In this document: positions 39,501 to 49,930 of the stretch, one piece after another
How positions within the stretch are numbered: position 1 is the first letter of the stretch
Layout: each line of letters begins with the position of its first letter
Origin: Phoronis australis
Lineage: Eukaryota; Animalia; Phoronida
DNA length: 64,000 bases
NCBI GenBank assembly: GCA_002633005.1
Contig: NMRA01000062.1
Span: forward strand, 543,981 to 607,980
Direction: 5' to 3'
Position numbers and translations under genes: made by a program
Notes under the pieces: generated by a model
Database searches by the model: none
Seen by the model: only the letters and a program-made list of their open reading frames with translations
What the model was told of the DNA's origin: nothing

Positions 39501-42500
39501 CCGACTATTGACTTATGTTTACAGTTAGCCGTTTAGACCAATTACTGGTCGCCACGTAACGGAAGTAGCAGACGAGATCGCAGGCTTTAAAGGAGAATGC
39601 CACCCAAAAATCAACCTATTTTGTATCAATTTAGATCGAGTAGTTCTACTCGATAACGGCACGTTCGGTTGCGTTACCTAACACCTGACGGCAGACGGAG
39701 GTGTTGAAATTATCCAATGACGTCATTGGTTTCACAGGCAGGCTGTTCAGCAGTTCACAACACGGGTTTCTGGTGTCAGCTTATCGCTTGAATTCATCGT
39801 TTAACACCAATAAATCACTAAACGTCAATGTAAAACCCTTAAACATACCTTGAGTTCTGTTTTATTTCGCTGTTACGGATTTATTGGTATTTGGACACAC
39901 CGTAGTCAAAGTTTGGCATGCCAATTTACCAAGGTCCGTAGAAGGAGTTTGGGGTCTGTTCGGAGATAAATTCGAAGTATTCTTCCGTGAAATACAGACA
40001 AGAGAACCTAGATCTTTGTTGTTTAGACTTGTGATTTTTGAGTTCTAAACACACAAAACGCTTGTTATCCCGTCCAGTGGCTCGGAACCCGATCATGCCC
40101 GTCGCCGCCGCCGGAACTGGCACGAACATAAACCAGCTTTAGTTGGAAACTAAGCCTCCAGTCACGAAAAGGCTATAATAGTCAGTGCTGTAGTGGTAAA
40201 CGTAGAGGCAAATAGGGGCCGAAACAACACCGTATCACCTTGAGCACTGAACAAAACTTACGGTGCGTAGGCGCTACGTTCAAATGCCAAAAGGTGGTTG
40301 GCTGCGCCTACGTGCGCCTACGCCCCACTACAACACTGATAATAGTGAGCCAAAGAAATAATGTGCACGTAATTATTTACGTGAATTAGCCACGAAACTG
40401 AAAATCTACTTACTTGTGGGGAGCCGCGAAGTCGGGTTCTCCTTCCACATACCGTCAGAGCAAAGGTTGTACATTAACAATGATTTGAATTATGTATTTG
40501 TATTTCTAAATAAAGATTCTCCTAACATGTGACCATAGCATATAAAATCGAGTAATTGTTTCACAACAGCTTTCTGTCAGCAAACACTGAATTAGCATGC
40601 GCTCACACGGCCTCGGTGCCCGGTCAATTACCTTTATTCATTGCCGGCATCAAAAGCCCGTAACGCAGTGGTTTATTCATTGCTGGCTTCTCAACATTTG
40701 CACTCACGAATACTGCAAAGGCATTACAAATTGTATCTAATGAGACAGACTTTGTTTCAGTTTTATATAAGCATTGGTTAGGGTGAGAATAATTCATTTT
40801 GCAACGGACGGCTCACTAAGAGATGACACTACGGCTTGGGCAGCAGTTGCTTGGACTCGCGAGGGTCAACGCCTCTTCGAATGGTCAACAGCACGGGTTT
40901 AAAAATCCTCGTCTTTTAGAGCTGAATGTGAAGCATATGAAGACACCCTAGTCTGGCTCTCACAGAGCACAATACCTGCAGACAGATCATTCCTACTTAC
41001 AGGCTCCCTCAGCCTCATTAGCAGGCTAAAAACTGGTCATGTGAAAGATTCCTGGATCCCTCTGTTCATCTCTATTAATGGTCTCTTCACCAGTGTTTAT
41101 ATACCAGGACCCGGTGGCATCTCATTCAACGTCAAGGCGGATGAGCTTGCAGGCATCGCAGAACCGATTGCCGACCTGCTCCTCACACCACTGCAGCAGA
41201 TGTAATCTCCAGAGTGCGTGAATCGCTTGCAGATGCCGAGATTGTACAACAGCAGGAGAGATGGGCAACAAAGCGCCTCATAGAGCGAGGATGGCAATAC
41301 TGAGATGCAGCAAAAACTCGTGTCAGGGGAAAAGATCGAAGAGTGTGTAACCAGGACGAACTTGGTTGCATCTCCAAATTTACATTGCGTGCGATACTGG
41401 ATCGAGAAGGGCCAGAGACTATCCCGGTGCCTACACTCTGACGTCACCACAGAAACAGAAACAGACTGCAGAATACATGGCAACTCGCTCGGCGCCAATC
41501 CCGACTTAATTAATAAGAGCGCATCCGACGAAGACTTCACGAGTCGGATCATTAGGTTTCACATGCTATCAGCTCGAACCGGAATACACTGATCAAGAAA
41601 TACTAGAGAGGCGTCGTGAACATGAACAGACAACGGAACGCATGGATAGTTCTTTGGTAAGCCGAAATTCTTCAGAGAAATCACTGTAGACGAAATGCCG
41701 GCCACAGACGCGGAGATGTTTCACGGCCTCATACTTGCTATTAACAACGTACCTTTCATTCTTCACAACTGCGAGCCACTTCCTAAGCATTTCGGGCTCT
41801 CGAAGAAGTCGAAAAAACGATAAACCCGCTTTCTTTGCAGCTTCATAGTTCGGTCAAGTGGGAACGAAGCACCGCAATATAGCGGTATTAACTTTGCAGA
41901 CGAACCACTGACGTCGCTGCGTCGTTTCTCACCTTCCTCACAGGTTAACGCGACACCTCTCGGCAAGGTGAGGTCGACCGTATATGAGGCGATGTGGATA
42001 CAGACCGATTAAGACGGTAAAAAAGACTAATTAAATCGGATGGCATTCTCCTTTAAATTGCCCCACAAACAATGAATCGAAGCACAGTTCTTCCAAAGTG
42101 GCTCGTAAATTTGAGGGAATGTGAGCAGTTGACGACCCATAACCACGTTTTTCTTCCAGAGCGACCCCTAGCTGCATTGCAGCTAAACTTAATAGAAAAA
42201 TGAAAGCAACCTGCAGACTATTACTGATAGTTAAACAACTGATCCGTGATCTGCTTCCATGCTAACGATAACGACGGTGCGAATGTTTTTGTCGTCAGCA
42301 TTTTCCGAAAACGGAGCGATTTTCAGAGAATGGCTCCTCAATAGCGAGGCTCCGTTTCACGAGTATCTTAAAACTACGATTTCCTTTGTTCTTTTAGGTG
42401 ACAACCGCAAAGACGTAATAGACCTAAAAAGTGAAGATGACAATGAAATTGCCGACGAAAAAGAACACGGGGACCCTCGTAGTCACATTCATGGCCACAG

Positions 42501-45500
42501 CCATGAACACAGTTACGGACATGGCGCGCCTTCCAGCGCCTCCGCCGTTGCCGCTATGGTGATCCTGGGCGACGGGTTGCACAATTTCAGTGATGGTCTC
42601 GCAATTGGTAAAAGTTCACTTGATTCACACGAATAAGTACATCAACGCACGTAGGCCTACCTAGATTTCCGCAAGTGCTTGAGTCGACGCACGCGCTTCT
42701 AGTGGCGTTTTAGGCGACGAGTCTTCAGTTTCGTTACTAAACTGAGCAGCAATTCATAACAACGTTTTCATCTTTTGAATTTTAATTACTATTCTTATGC
42801 TATCTCTATATTTTGGCACAAGAGTATCATGTGAAAGCTGTGGGTTAGACATAATAAGGTAAATGTGAGGTCTAGACATAACAATGTAGCTATTAAGGTT
42901 AGATATCAGAAGGTAAATATTAGTGTTAAACACAATAAGGTAATTATTAGGGTTAGACATAATAACGTAAATATGGAGTTAGAGAAACTAAGGAAAGTAT
43001 TAAGGTTGCCCAAGCCAAATCCCTCTTTAAATCTTAAAGGTAGTGTCGGACGGCCACATAACCTACGAGTATCACCCAGTGATTTCCTTTTATCTTTAAA
43101 TACGGAAAAATGAGTCCCTTATATTTGTTAGAAAACCAATTCGACTTTATATCATAAAATGTGTTTATGCACACTAACGCCTCGCTTGTGGTCTCTGCAA
43201 ATCTGTGCTGTTCATACAGGCATGTGAAAGAAGCATTCGATGGTTGGATGGGAAAGGGAAAAGAATTCCCCAAAAAGCAAACAGTAGTTTTGGGCTCCTG
43301 TTTCTGCGTGATTTGTTTTGTACTCCAAGTTGCAGCTTATTTAGCGTAATGTATAACCTGGTAGTGTACATGTGTGTATTTTAAACTTCTGGACCCTGGT
43401 GTGAAAGATTAGTGCACTGTTGTAATCTCCAAACATTCAGTTATATTGCTACACCCACCACTGATATTATCATCTCCACCAACACCACCACCATCACCAC
43501 CCCCATCACTACAACGGCCACTACCATCTCCACCAGCACCTCCACATTCCGCCCATCCCTAAGGCTACTAAGGCAAATCAGGGGACATGAACAGGGGCGG
43601 ATCCAGGATTTCGAGTTAGGGGGGGAGCAGAGCACGGGAATAACCAGAATTTTGGGGATAATGCGCGCGCCAGCCTAAAATGTGGGGACGCAGAGGCCTC
43701 GAATGTTTAGGGTTGCGAACCTGTTGACTAAGAAAAAAAACGGTAAACGGGGTTTGTTCAGTTTGTTCAAGGCCTATGCGTTGTTTATTCACCCCCGACG
43801 AGCCCCGGCTTGCGCGCACCCGAACTCCCAAATGGTATCTGGTAGAATTTTAGGGGGCATGGCCCCCTTGCCCCCCTAAATCCGCCACTGATGAATACAG
43901 TACCTGATTATCCAGTTGGAAATACAATTTCGGTCTTCATTGCTGTTTGCTTGGCGTGTGCTTACTTTTCGTCATACAGTAGAAGGTGACCGGAACAGCC
44001 CAGCCAACGACACGCGTCTTGATTCTGCATTCACATCTACTGGGCACAATCTTCAATAGCGAGGGGGACATTACGTTTGCTCTAATGAATGCAAAGTTAA
44101 GATACGGAGGTTTTGTTGGGCCTTTTGTTTTGGATACACGGCAACAGAACTGCTACGAACACGAAATGAGAATATGTCATGCCTTTGTGAAACAGCGTGT
44201 GCACAAAGATTATGAAAGATTCTCGCTCTTACTTTTTCAGGAGCGGCGTTCGCTTCTGGTCTTTCCGTTGGAGTCAGTACGACGCTTGCGGTTTTTTGTC
44301 ATGAGTTACCACACGAATTAGGTGAGTTGGAGATCCAATGGGCATTTGCATTTGAAACCGAGTTCGCCGTATTTACACTAATGGAAAAGTGTCTGAGGTT
44401 ATCTCCTCAGTCTTTATTGCAGCTGCATTTTGTCATCGTTAACAAAGCACATTTGTTTTTAAAACAAACTGGTCGAACTTCGACAAAATTCTGTCAGACT
44501 ACGTCAGTCCGTGACGAACTTCATGGCACAGTGGTAGTTAGTCCAACGTTTGTCATAATAATGTAGCGTTCTTTGTCGTCAAAATTTAAACAGAGTTGAT
44601 GTGACGTTTTTGCATCTTCTACAAGTTGTGCCTTACGCACCGAGTTGTCGCAATTTCGACAGTGCGTGCAGCTGCACCTGTCGAAACCGTCTAGATTTAG
44701 CGAGTATTGAAAAAGATCCTAGACGAAAAGTGCTTGGTTTTTAGTCGAAGTTTTTGTGTCGAAGCTTTATCGATTTCCAACGTTGTACAGTTTACTTTAA
44801 ACACTAACTTTGGGTCACCACACTATTTCACGTTTTTCACCCTCTCCGTGTTTGCCAGGTGATTTTGCCATGCTTCTCAAGACAGGCATGTCGGTCCGTC
44901 TGGCAATTCTCTACAACCTCGTCTCGTCCATTCTCTGTTTCCTCGGAGCCGCCATCGGTATCCTGGTGGCCAAAACTGAAGACGCCAGCCATTGGATACT
45001 GTTAGTGACTGCCGGCATCTTTGTTTACATCGCTCTAGTGGACATGGTAAGGCCCTGAAAGTGGTTTGGACTGTGTTAACAGCTCTAACGTGTATCCTTT
45101 AAAGTGTGTCTACGACATTGAATTTAATGCCAGCATATCAAGGCGCTATTTTAAAGCTTCTTCGTTACATTTTCAATGAAATAACGGCCTATTAAACGGG
45201 ACTTCACCAATCTGCCCAATACGCTGTGCGCATTCTGGAAATGTGACATCTTCTCCCCGTAGTGCTAGTAAATTATTTAGTTTAGTCAAGGAAGAGTTTA
45301 GTTTTTAATGTCACTCATTGTGTTTCAGTTTTTCTTTAACCAGTTTTTTCCTGCATGGGTGCAAAACTGTATATACTCATGGGCGGAGCACCGTAGGGGG
45401 CTGGCGTGCTACGGCCGCGCCCCCACTTTTTTCAGTGCTCCGCTCATGTAAACCCGAGTGGAGAACTGGAACTGGATACCAACTGCAGGGGTGGTTACAT

Positions 45501-45914
45501 GGCATTGGGCAGAAAAATATCATTCAGGGGAGGCTACCCTTCGAAAGAAGCGCAAACCGTTAATTTTGTCTACTAGAGACATTGCCGGGTTGACTTGTTA
45601 GCCACAGTAGTGAAGGGTGGTGGATGTCCCCTTTCCCGAAAAAAATCCATCTCGGAAGGCGCACTAAGGTACCATTCCCCCTAGGTCACACTGAGCAAGG
45701 GCTCTGGGAATAAATATATGCAAAATTTAACTTGAATCTGATGACGTACTTCCGGCGTTATATTCCATTCCAGCTTCCTGAGATGGCCATACCAAAGAAT
45801 TCTTCCATAAAGAAGCAGATAACTTCGTTATTGCTACAGATGTGTGGTATTTTGATCGGATCAGGGATCATGTTGATCATAGCAGTTTACGAGGACAAGA
45901 TAACAATTGACTGA
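27133..45914 (+). CDS. SLC39A10: LIV-1 family ZIP zinc transporter (ZIP6/ZIP10/fear-of-intimacy clade); 9 coding exons: join(27133..27549,35710..35944,36458..36627,36875..37051,39235..39325,42398..42607,44241..44321,44859..45046,45774..45914), 1710 nt, 569 aa
   Basis: Hand-spliced model; every intron is GT..AG and phases match (0,1,0,0,1,1,1,0). Contains a signal-peptide-like N-terminus, [38 protein letters not shown], a His-rich loop, [24 protein letters not shown] (HExPHExGD), [13 protein letters not shown] and a terminal VYEDKI. ZIP10 versus ZIP6 orthology cannot be resolved without a tree. Confidence 0.93.
27940..28800 (+). mobile_element. 5'-truncated LINE 3' end (RTE-X-like ORF2 C-terminus) in ZIP intron 1
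   Basis: [38 protein letters not shown], then [17 protein letters not shown]...[19 protein letters not shown] (CCHC knuckle); AATAAA near 28779; frameshifted. Confidence 0.85.
28827..28882. mobile_element. 56-bp internally deleted MITE of the CAG(G/T)GGCGGAT family
   Basis: cagaggcggatccaggattttgagttag joined to cccccttgcctccctgaatccgccactg, i.e. the two ends of the 43592-43890 element; flanks gaagg / gacgg. Confidence 0.75.
31119..31560 (+). pseudogene. Harbinger MADF/Myb-SANT-like DNA-binding protein remnant
   Basis: MPPKRTT...[32 protein letters not shown]...LLVWY...[10 protein letters not shown]; contains an internal stop and a frameshift. Confidence 0.75.
31560..32721 (-). pseudogene. 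Harbinger (HARBI1-like DDE) transposase pseudogene
   Basis: [93 protein letters not shown]; split by frameshifts and deletions. Confidence 0.92.
33904..34337. mobile_element. Tc1/mariner-type MITE, TA TSD
   Basis: tacctggaatttcccaatataggccca / tgggtctattttcggaaattcacgtta imperfect TIRs. Confidence 0.6.
35710..35944 (+). CDS. SLC39A10: ZIP transporter coding exon 2 (cysteine-flanked core, CPAL motif)
   Basis: Acceptor ttatttcag|; [42 protein letters not shown]; donor G|gtatgt. Confidence 0.9.
36015..36190. repeat. (CAG)n-like trinucleotide tract in ZIP intron 2
   Basis: Directly visible; lies between the exon 2 donor and the exon 3 acceptor. Confidence 0.9.
36458..36627 (+). CDS. SLC39A10: ZIP transporter coding exon 3 (TM1-TM2)
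   Basis: Acceptor tttacag|; [20 protein letters not shown]...[16 protein letters not shown]; donor gtgagt. Confidence 0.95.
36875..37051 (+). CDS. SLC39A10: ZIP transporter coding exon 4 (TM3)
   Basis: Acceptor ttgcag|; [19 protein letters not shown]; donor CAG|gtagaa. Confidence 0.92.
37670..37800 (+). mobile_element. Helentron-associated (HINE/DINE-like) element 5' part
   Basis: tttttatgcgcccacatat|ttatatgtggacgcat hairpin followed by a (GTCC)n tract, the usual layout of these elements; 3' end not located. Confidence 0.5.
39235..39325 (+). CDS. SLC39A10: ZIP transporter coding exon 5 (variable cytoplasmic loop)
   Basis: Strong poly-T acceptor tttttgtcag| and donor G|gtaagt; it bridges phase 0 to phase 1 as required between exons 4 and 6. 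Confidence 0.8.
40183..40338. mobile_element. hAT-type MITE, 8-bp TSD ATAATAGT, nested in Kolobok copy A
   Basis: ataatagt|cagtgctgtagtgg ... ccactacaacactg|ataatagt; copy B shows the empty site near 49402-49410. Confidence 0.9.
41677..41877 (-). pseudogene. THAP domain remnant of Kolobok transposase (copy A)
   Basis: [41 protein letters not shown]...[13 protein letters not shown]; C2CH pattern with the second Cys position read as TGA. Confidence 0.85.
42398..42607 (+). CDS. SLC39A10: ZIP transporter coding exon 6 (His-rich loop and TM4)
   Basis: Acceptor cttttag|; [20 protein letters not shown]...[18 protein letters not shown]; donor G|gtaaaa. Confidence 0.95.
42841..42990. repeat. Degenerate minisatellite, about 27-bp unit
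   Basis: ggttagacataataaggtaaat-like unit repeated about 5 times. Confidence 0.7.
43453..43545. repeat. (ACC)n-like low-complexity tract
   Basis: Directly visible. Confidence 0.85.
43592..43890. mobile_element. GC-rich MITE, 5-bp TSD ATGAA, in ZIP intron 6
   Basis: atgaa|caggggcggatccagg ... cctaaatccgccactg|atgaa. Confidence 0.85.
44241..44321 (+). CDS. SLC39A10: ZIP transporter coding exon 7 (TM5, HELPHE motif)
   Basis: Acceptor ctttttcag|; [26 protein letters not shown]; donor G|gtgagt. This frame is missed by the ORF track. Confidence 0.95.
   Translation, partial: ERRSLLVFPLESVRRLRFFVMSYHTN
44859..45046 (+). CDS. SLC39A10: ZIP transporter coding exon 8 (TM6-TM7)
   Basis: Acceptor tttgccag|; [24 protein letters not shown]...[12 protein letters not shown]; donor gtaagg. 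Confidence 0.95.
45774..45914 (+). CDS. SLC39A10: ZIP transporter terminal coding exon 9 (TM8)
   Basis: Acceptor cattccag|; LPEM...[27 protein letters not shown] then TGA. Confidence 0.95.
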   Translation, partial: LPEMAIPKNSSIKKQITSLLLQMCGILIGSGIMLIIAVYEDKITID

Positions 45915-47285
45915 ACAACAACTGGGTTGATATGAGTGGATCACGGGTACATGAGCAGTGCACAGAATAGATATGTTCACTTGTTCACATGATTTCTTAT
46001 ATTCAAACATAAAAGTATCATTCGACGTAGGTGTCCTTTGGCCATAGTCACAGAGCTGATCACACCCCTAAAATTGATCTCCGTGGAACCGACAACTGTT
46101 ATAACAACAATAGTGCAATCGGCTTATGAATCTTATGCCAGCGTTTATCAGCACATGCTTTCCGAAGGTCACCAGAAGTAAAACATATCACTATGAAAAC
46201 CTTATTTCATGAATTCCACATGTACTATAGGCCACGGTGCGCATGTCCTGACCGTCGTAAACACTTTGTCAATGAGAGAGTTCCGTAGGCCTCGTTTCTT
46301 AGGGAGTGAAAAGCGAATGGTTTGCGAGTATGTTCGGGCGCTGAACAACCTGTCCTGTCAAAATGACAGCGGCCGTAGTTGAACTCGTTTATACTTCCAG
46401 CCTATAGGAATGACAGAGTGGGGATCAGTTGTTCCTGAACCATTGGCCAGTGACACTGCTCGGCGGCAGTGCTTTTCCTTAACGAATATTCAGTCAGACA
46501 GGCGCGAAGGTACAGCTGCATCAGATTTAATTTTTACCGTGGAAACACTTTTTTGTAGTCAGTATGCAAAGATCTTTTGAGGTTCTCAGTTTGCCGATTA
46601 TTTAGACAGAAACAGTGATGTAGTAATTAGTTGTCTAAGAGTACGACTGAAGTAAATTGACATACCCGGAGATTGTTTTCGAAATGAATTGTTTGATCGA
46701 GTAGCTTAGCAAAAGTATACCTACTTCAGATTACCACTGACGTTGCCTGCATTCAAGCAAGATCTGATTATTCATAATTAACGTGGATTGTTCTAGATTC
46801 TTTGTAGTTTCGATATAGCTGCTATTATTAGAATGTATGACCCAAAATACCTTTAAGAGGCACGAAAGGATTTATTATTTTAACTTTTAAAAAGACACTA
46901 AACCCGGTTCTGGTGTATCAATAGATATTAACAACGACTTTTACATCCAGTGCCCGGCAAAAGACGGATATAACGTGCCCGTACTTTGAGAACCAGTTTG
47001 ATGGCTGTTACTCAATGGAGAACACTGGTTGTCAAAACTTTGATTCAGGCACGTTATATCCGACGTATACCCAGTGCCCCGTAACACTCGTCAGCCCTCA
47101 AAATTTTGGAAAAAAATTTGAAAACCTCTTACATGGCTGCTAAGCGGGTTACACGACAATTAAAGGAGAATGCCATCCGATTTAATAAGTCTTTTTATAC
47201 CACGATATTAGCGTCAAATGGCAGATACAACCGTGTAATAACCCATAAAGTTATCTCACTAGTGAGATAACGATTTGGCGGGAAA

Positions 47286-47357
47286 CCGAGGACGGGGTCG
47301 AACCCGGAACCCTAATATTGCTGGTCGCCGACTTTACCACTACACCACGCAGTGACT
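47286..47357 (-). mobile_element. tRNA-derived SINE-like head
   Basis: On the - strand: TGGTGTAGTGG (A box) ... GGTTCGACC (B box) at tRNA spacing; no complete cloverleaf. Confidence 0.55.
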
Positions 47358-47896
47358 GACGTCATCAAGAGTGAAAATAGAATACTTAAATGAGCACGCG
47401 CAATAATCGCACGTTCAACAAACCGCATTGTACTATGCTTATACGTTACGGAAAATAAGACACATAATTTCCATAAAAATGATATCTTAATTCCGTGAAA
47501 TTTTTCTCTCATGTCTTCTTACTTGTAAATCACCGATCTCTAGTTTGAATGCGGGTATAATGTCGTCAGGATCTTTGACTTGAGAATTATATTCAGTTAC
47601 CAGCGGTAACCTACTTTAGCAGACGATAATTTCCCGGTCGAAGCTTAGCGTGAAAAAAACGTGTTTTAAGCTATAATAGTTGGTAAACCTTAATTCATAA
47701 ATTCAATTTATTTCTATAATGTTTAAGTTTTCAATTGGTTTTGAGTAAAAGCAATATTTGACAAAAATAACCGGGGTTTTCTTAAAAGGTCACGACCTCC
47801 GACCCCGGGCCTCTTACATAGAAAGTAGTTACAAAGCCGTGGAGAGTCAGAAAAGGTAAATCGATTCATTGCAATGTTTCTCGTTTAGTATGTGGT

Positions 47897-48068
47897 ATAA
47901 ATAGATTATTACATGTTCTCAGCCGTTATCCCCCTTATCTAGAGCCCTCGTGGATTTTGGAGAATTATCACCCTCGGGGCTGACGCCCCTCGGGCGATAA
48001 TTCTCCAAAATCCACTCGTGCTCTAGATAACGGGGGATAACGACTTCGCCATGTAATAATCTATATTT
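47897..48068. mobile_element. Near-perfect foldback palindrome (MITE)
   Basis: atagattattacatg...gtggattttggagaattatcaccctcgggg mirrored by cccctcgggcgataattctccaaaatccac...catgtaataatctat. Confidence 0.9.
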
Positions 48069-48208
48069 ATTGTCTTAATCGGTCTATATCCACATCACCT
48101 CGTATACTGTCGATCTTGCCTCCTCGAGAGGTGTCGCGTTAACCTGTGAGCCGAAGGTGAGAAACGACGCAGCGACGTCAGTGGTTCTGTTGCAGAGTGA
48201 GTGCCGCA

Positions 48209-48384
48209 ATGGCGTGTTGTATCGTTCCCGCTTGTGCGAACAATGAAGCTACGAAGAAAGCGGGTATGTCGTTTTTTTATTTCCTCGAGAGCCCGAAATG
48301 CTTCAGAAGTGGCTCATGGCATTGAAGAATGAAAAATACGCCGTTAATACCAAGTATGAGGCCGTGAAACTTCTCCGTGTCTGT
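48209..48384 (+). pseudogene. THAP domain remnant (Kolobok copy B)
   Basis: MACCIVPACANNEATKKAGMSFF, one frameshift, then PREPEMLQKWLMALKNEKY...LLRVC. Confidence 0.85.
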
Positions 48385-48524
48385 CAGTGGCCTGCAGTCG
48401 TCGGATCGGTTGTTGATCAATTTTTGATTATGGAGAATTGTAATTAGTCATGAAAACATAAACAATTACAATTAATTCAAGGCATGAGAACATAACGTTT
48501 TATATAATCTGTTTGATGACTGAA

Positions 48525-48930
48525 TCGTTCGTCAGGCTTCTGTTTGGTCCTCTGGGTGTAGGGTGTTTTCGCTACTTCTTTTTCTCAGCCCTAAAAAACG
48601 TCCTAAGCACACCTCTATTTAGACGCTGTGCAAAATCAGGATAGTCCGTGAGACACATCTGCGCTTCTCCAAGAAGGCACGTTTCACTTGCGGAATTTCG
48701 TGGCAGCAAACGCAAGCGTCAGTCGTTTGCATTATGGTTGACACTACGGCAAGTCATTCAAACGGTTTTTGGAACTATCCATGTGTTCCGTTGTCTGTAC
48801 ACGTTCACGGAGTCTCCCTATTATTTCTTGATCAGTGTATTGCGGTTCGAACTGATAGCCTGTGAAACCTAACGATCGACCTGTGAAGTCTTCGTCAAAT
48901 GAGCACTCGTCTAAGTCGGGATTGCTAGAT
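48525..48930 (-). pseudogene. KolX-like / P2X7-ballast-like Cys-rich protein remnant (Kolobok copy B)
   Basis: GYQFEPQYTDQEI...RLNDL, then MQTTDACVCCHEIPQV, then CLTDYPDFAQRLNRGVLRTFFRAEKKK*RKHPTPRGPNRSLTN, across frameshifts. Family assignment is by motif recall. Confidence 0.78.
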
Positions 48931-49668
48931 ACCACATTGACGTTTATAATTGTTAGTTCTGGTTCAAAATGAATTATTCTCACCCTTACCAATGCTTACA
49001 TAAATCTGAAACGAAGTCTGTCTCATTAGATACATTTTGTAATGCCTTGGAGTGTTCGTGAGTGCAAATGTTCTGAGAAGCCAGCAATGAATAAATCACT
49101 GCGTTACCGGCTTTAGATGCAATAAACTAATGATGTGAGCACATGCTAATTCAGTGTTTGCTGACAGAAAACTGTTGCGAAACAATAATTCGATTTAATA
49201 TCCTATGGTCAGATGTTAGGGGAATCTTTATTTAGATATTCATATACATTATTCGAATCATTGTTACTGTACAACTTTGGAAATGACGGTTCTGTGGAAG
49301 GGTAATCTGACTTCTCGGCCCTCGACGAGCTACTAAGTAAATTTTAAAGATTCGCGTCTAATTCACCAAAATAACCACTTGCATATTTTTTTCTTTTGCT
49401 CACTAGTATAGTATTTTCATGACTGAAGTTTAGTTTCCAACCTTGGCTGGTTTATGTTCGTCATGTCTTCAGTCCGGCCGTCTGTATTTCACGGTCGAAT
49501 AATATGAATTCATCATCGAACAGACCCCAAACTCCCGCGATTGCGGACCTTGGTAAATTGGCCTACCGAACTTTGTAGGCTACGGTACGTTCAAATACTT
49601 AAAAATCTGTAACAGCGAAATAAAATAATACATTTATTCAATAACCCGATGTGTTTGTAAGGGTTTTA

Positions 49669-49930
49669 CATGGGTGCACCCGGGGGGGGGGCTCGAACGA
49701 GCCCCCAAATTTGGCGAATTGGGCAAAAAGGTCTGCCTCAGTGAAAAACGTCCGAGTGAAGGACACAAAAGTCCTCAAAAGACTCAACAAAAAATCGGCG
49801 CAGATGCACAATTCGTAGGCCTGAACCTAGTGGCCCCGTTTTTTGTTTACTCCCCGTTGATTTTGTTCAGTTAAAGGTTCCCATATCGAGAAATTCAAGC
49901 CCCCTATATCTTAAGCTGGGTGCGCGCATA
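49669..49930. mobile_element. GC-rich MITE with 6-bp TSD GTTTTA, nested in Kolobok copy B
   Basis: gtttta|catgggtgcacccgg ... ctgggtgcgcgcata|gtttta; copy A shows the empty site near 39827-39838. Confidence 0.75.

Larger units (their letters stand above)
39591..42052 (-). mobile_element. Kolobok-type element copy A (internally deleted), TTAA TSD, in ZIP intron 5
   Basis: ttaa|aggagaatgcca ... tggcattctcct|ttaa; THAP remnant on - and KolX-like remnant on +. Confidence 0.88.

Noticed and set aside
41097-41552. 151-aa minus-strand ORF inside Kolobok copy A
   Set aside because: It is the antisense shadow of the plus-strand KolX-like frame.
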